The translations under genes and the position numbers were made by a program. The notes beneath the pieces are model-generated. The model did no database searches. It saw only the letters and a program-made list of their open reading frames with translations, and had not been told where the DNA came from. A DNA stretch of 64,000 nucleotides, taken from NCBI GenBank assembly GCA_043228905.1, contig JBHGNT010000006.1:11966001-12030000 (forward strand). Reading direction: 5' to 3'. The stretch is from Azolla caroliniana. Lineage: Eukaryota; Plantae; Polypodiophyta. This document shows, piece after piece, positions 61,001 through 64,000 of the stretch; positions within the stretch are counted from its first letter, which is position 1; every line of letters begins with the position of its first letter.

Positions 61001-62280
61001 GAAGGTTGATGTAGTAATTAGTCGCAATTTGCAAGATTTCCTCTTGATGAAATGTCATTGAGTCATCCTCCCGTTTGAGACTCTGAATATGTGTTCCCCT
61101 CCTTTTCGGAGTTTTGGTAAGAAAAAACTCCATGTTAACTTTATCACCCTTGACAGCCCACCATGCTGCCGACTTTCTGAAGAGGAATTGCTCACGTTGC
61201 TGTCTAACCTCCTGCAACAACCTAGTGGCCTCCTGCAGCCTGTCTTTCCCAAGCACAACATGGGTCCACTTGCGTGAGCTTTTGAGTTGAGATGACTGCC
61301 TTCCTCAGGCATTGCAAACGGTATTGACACCTTACCAGCTCCTCCCTAGCCACTTTCTGAAGAAACAAAGAAGAATTAATAATCTTTTCCTCCAATACCT
61401 ATATTGGGTCGTGGGCTGATGGGGATGTCGTCCAAATGGTATTCATTGCATCCTTAACCTTCTGGATACCAAAAATCTTCGGAGGAATCCTCAAATTGCT
61501 CTCACTCTTCTTCTTATAAATAGGTTCAAGAGTCAAGGATATTGGAAGGTGATCCAAATATGTAAAACCAGCTAGAATGGATGAGTAGCCACCCCATTCC
61601 TCTATCCCGGGGCTCACATAGATGCGGTCCAATCTAGAGTGACATCCTTCACTCTCCTTCCAACCAAATCGTGAGAACCTCAAGGAATTCACCTCAACCG
61701 CCATACTAGAGTACCATGAATCCCGGATTCCCAACATAGAAATTAAGAAACCCCACGCTCTAAGCTCCTCCCCTTGTAGCAAGTTCGAATGAGCCCCAAG
61801 ACAATCTTCCATTCTCTCTGTCATGTTAAAATCCCCCGCCACAATCCAATTGTCGAAGGAGAGAATTTTGTTTGCCAACAGTCTCCAAAATGAGGTCCTC
61901 TCATTGCTAATGTTAGGTGCGTAGACATTCAGCACCCCAAATTTTACATTCCTCCATTCCAAGTAGCAGAACATGGCCCTACCTTCGATCAATATGCCAT
62001 GATCCAAGGTGGTGATATCCGCTGATTTCCTCACCGAAATACACACTCCACCTCTCCTTTCTAACATGTCGTGAGCCGGAGCCCACCATGTGTACCAATC
62101 CCCTGGCAACGGGTCTTTGAAAAGTTTCGTTCTTTCTCGGCCAAGGTGATGCTCTTGTAAGAGCAAAATATCAATCGTTTTACAAAGGCCATCAACTTCC
62201 CATTCTCTCCTAAACTGACGCTTCTCTAGCGGATGTTGAGACCCACCAAGTCCTTGCACATTCCAAGAACAAATTCTCAT
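58011..62280 (-). pseudogene. L1-type LINE ORF2 (APE endonuclease, RT, zf-RVT) with premature stops
   Basis: MRICSWNVQG, VAGDFN, SRLDRIY, DHLP; WRPITIL, LDFEKAYD, IRQGCPLAP, FADDT; CKACSASLEDIAHCLWCC; stops at ~61399, 60906, 60087, 59400, 59031. Confidence 0.94.
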
Positions 62281-62290
62281 TGACGTGGGT

Positions 62291-63984
62291 TCACAAAAAA
62301 AGCCAAGGGGAGTCTCCCATGCTCGACAAATATGTCTCTACCATACGCCATATAAATTCCCACTCCATACTTATTTTCCATTCTTGATTCTTGGGTACTT
62401 CAGCACAATGGAAGTGGAACAAACTAGGCTTTAGCCCTAGATCCTGTACCTTCCATATGCAAACCACTGGAACATCTTGAGCAAGTTCCATCAGCTCCCC
62501 TTGTATCGGGGAGCTCTTCCATAATGTTTGCAGCCCCACAACCTCATTTTCAAATGTAAGGTATTGGAGACACAATGCCGCCCTGTTACAAAACGAATTC
62601 AAGGACGAGTCTTCTCCCCTTTCATCTTTCAAATCAGGCTCCAAGTCAAAAGAATAACCAGTCTCCGGTCTACCTGAGTTGTTGTTGAAGAGGACCATGT
62701 GTGCTCTAGTCCACCCGTGCACTCTTCCCCTTGGATTACCAATGTTCACCACGATCTTGGGTACCTGCGTATCTTGCATCCTCAATGCTTGCAACATAAC
62801 AAACTCAACACCCACAGACAAGGGATTTCCAACCTCAATCCGTGTGAGCATTTTTTGCGATTCAGTATTCCTGATGTCCACTTCACTTTCCTTGTCCTTC
62901 CCTTTCCTGATCCAGGCCTTAACCATTCTCAGGTTTGATGAAGATCGACTGCCACGGCCCTCAGAGGGCTCTACGAGTGTTTCGTGGGTCTCGACTCGTG
63001 GTAGTAAATCAAATGGAGTTGCTAAAATTATTTCGCCTTCCTGGGGTTCCATTTGTGATAGGATGTCAAATCTATTTGAAATGGAGCCTCCACTTGTAGG
63101 TGGGCCGATAAGACCATGGAGGCTAGGCTTGGCCACTTTCCTCGGCGATATCCATCCTTTTTCCTTTACTACTTGCTTCCCATTGTGAACCAGGACCATG
63201 TGGCTTGCCGTCCCTGAATTTGGGATATCCGGCAACTTGTTGTGTTGTTGTCCCCTATCCGCTCTTGTATTCCCATACCGGGGGCAGTGTTTGGCCATAT
63301 GGCCCATCTCCTTACATGCAAAGCATTGACCTGGCATGCCTTCATAACCAACCTTCACCACCCTTAGACCAAAATCCTCCGTGTGGACTCTAATCTCTGA
63401 TGGTAGTTTTTTAATGTCACTAACCAACACCTTCATCTTGGGCATTTCTGCTACCTTATCTGCAAATGAAGGTTTCGTTGTACATACCACCCCTATATTG
63501 TGTGTGAGCATACTGAAATGACCATTGGTGTGCCCGCTTTTTTATTCTCTTCCTTTGCATCGAAGTCTGGACTCCATTCCAAAATCATGGCTTTGCCATA
63601 CTTCAGTGTAATCCATTTGTGGTCCAGAATCTCTTGTACATTATGGCCTTCTTCTAAGATCACATGGTAATAGTTGAGGCCCATTCTCAAAATGTTCTGG
63701 ATTGGCGGCATTTTATCCAAAAGGGCTGCCTGCAACATGTCCCTTAACATCCCTTTACTTGGTCGTCCTCCTAACAACTGACATATGAACGATGAACACT
63801 TTAAACGGCCCACTTCTTCCATCAATCTTTGATTCTCTGCCGGAGAAAGATAAAGGTCGATCCCTTTTCTTTCATCAATGCCCTCCTCCACCTGCTTCTC
63901 TTGAACCTGGCCAATGTCATTAGTCTCCTTTACTATCAAGACATTGCCCAAGCCTTCCTTGGTGTACATTTCGGAATGTGCCAT
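62291..63984 (-). pseudogene. LINE ORF1 (DUF4283-like N-terminal region, zinc knuckle, long C-terminal domain), frameshift near 63500
   Basis: ICQLLGGRPS...ILEWSPDFD; CFACKEMGHMAKHC; SNRFDIL; stop 11 nt before the ORF2 ATG. Confidence 0.85.
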
Positions 63985-64000
63985 GGTCAGCCCCTCGCCT

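Overview
Eukaryotic land-plant nuclear DNA, probably a non-seed plant such as a fern (inferred from Tcn1-like chromoviruses, the copia lineages and gene content). A ~20 kb transposon-free gene island (22.7-42.5 kb) holds two convergent intron-containing genes. One is a 4-exon, 209-aa gene (22908-24348, +) for a probably plastid-targeted DnaJ-type zinc-finger protein with a bacterial-type Trp-rich DUF2389/TIGR02450-like domain inserted in the finger. The other is a ~35-exon, ~3,300-aa POK-like kinesin-12 gene (26169-41014, -) with a 5.25 kb coiled-coil exon. Both flanks are deeply nested, decayed transposons: at least six Ty1/copia pieces (one with both LTRs, PBS, PPT and a CTTCG TSD), two Tcn1-like Ty3/gypsy chromoviruses, a Tat-like fragment, several solo or partial LTRs, two L1-type LINEs and a MULE remnant. 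Most notable signals: (1) three different LTR families carry antisense tRNA-derived A-box/B-box cassettes at the outer U3 end; (2) one chromovirus LTR combines this with a heat-shock element array and a Tf1-type self-priming structure; (3) a TGTCG...CGACA LTR group makes 4-bp TSDs centred on CG/TG; (4) the zinc-finger/DUF2389 fusion gene; (5) microhomology-mediated scrambling, including an internal inversion. All boundaries and alignments were read by eye; no searches were run.
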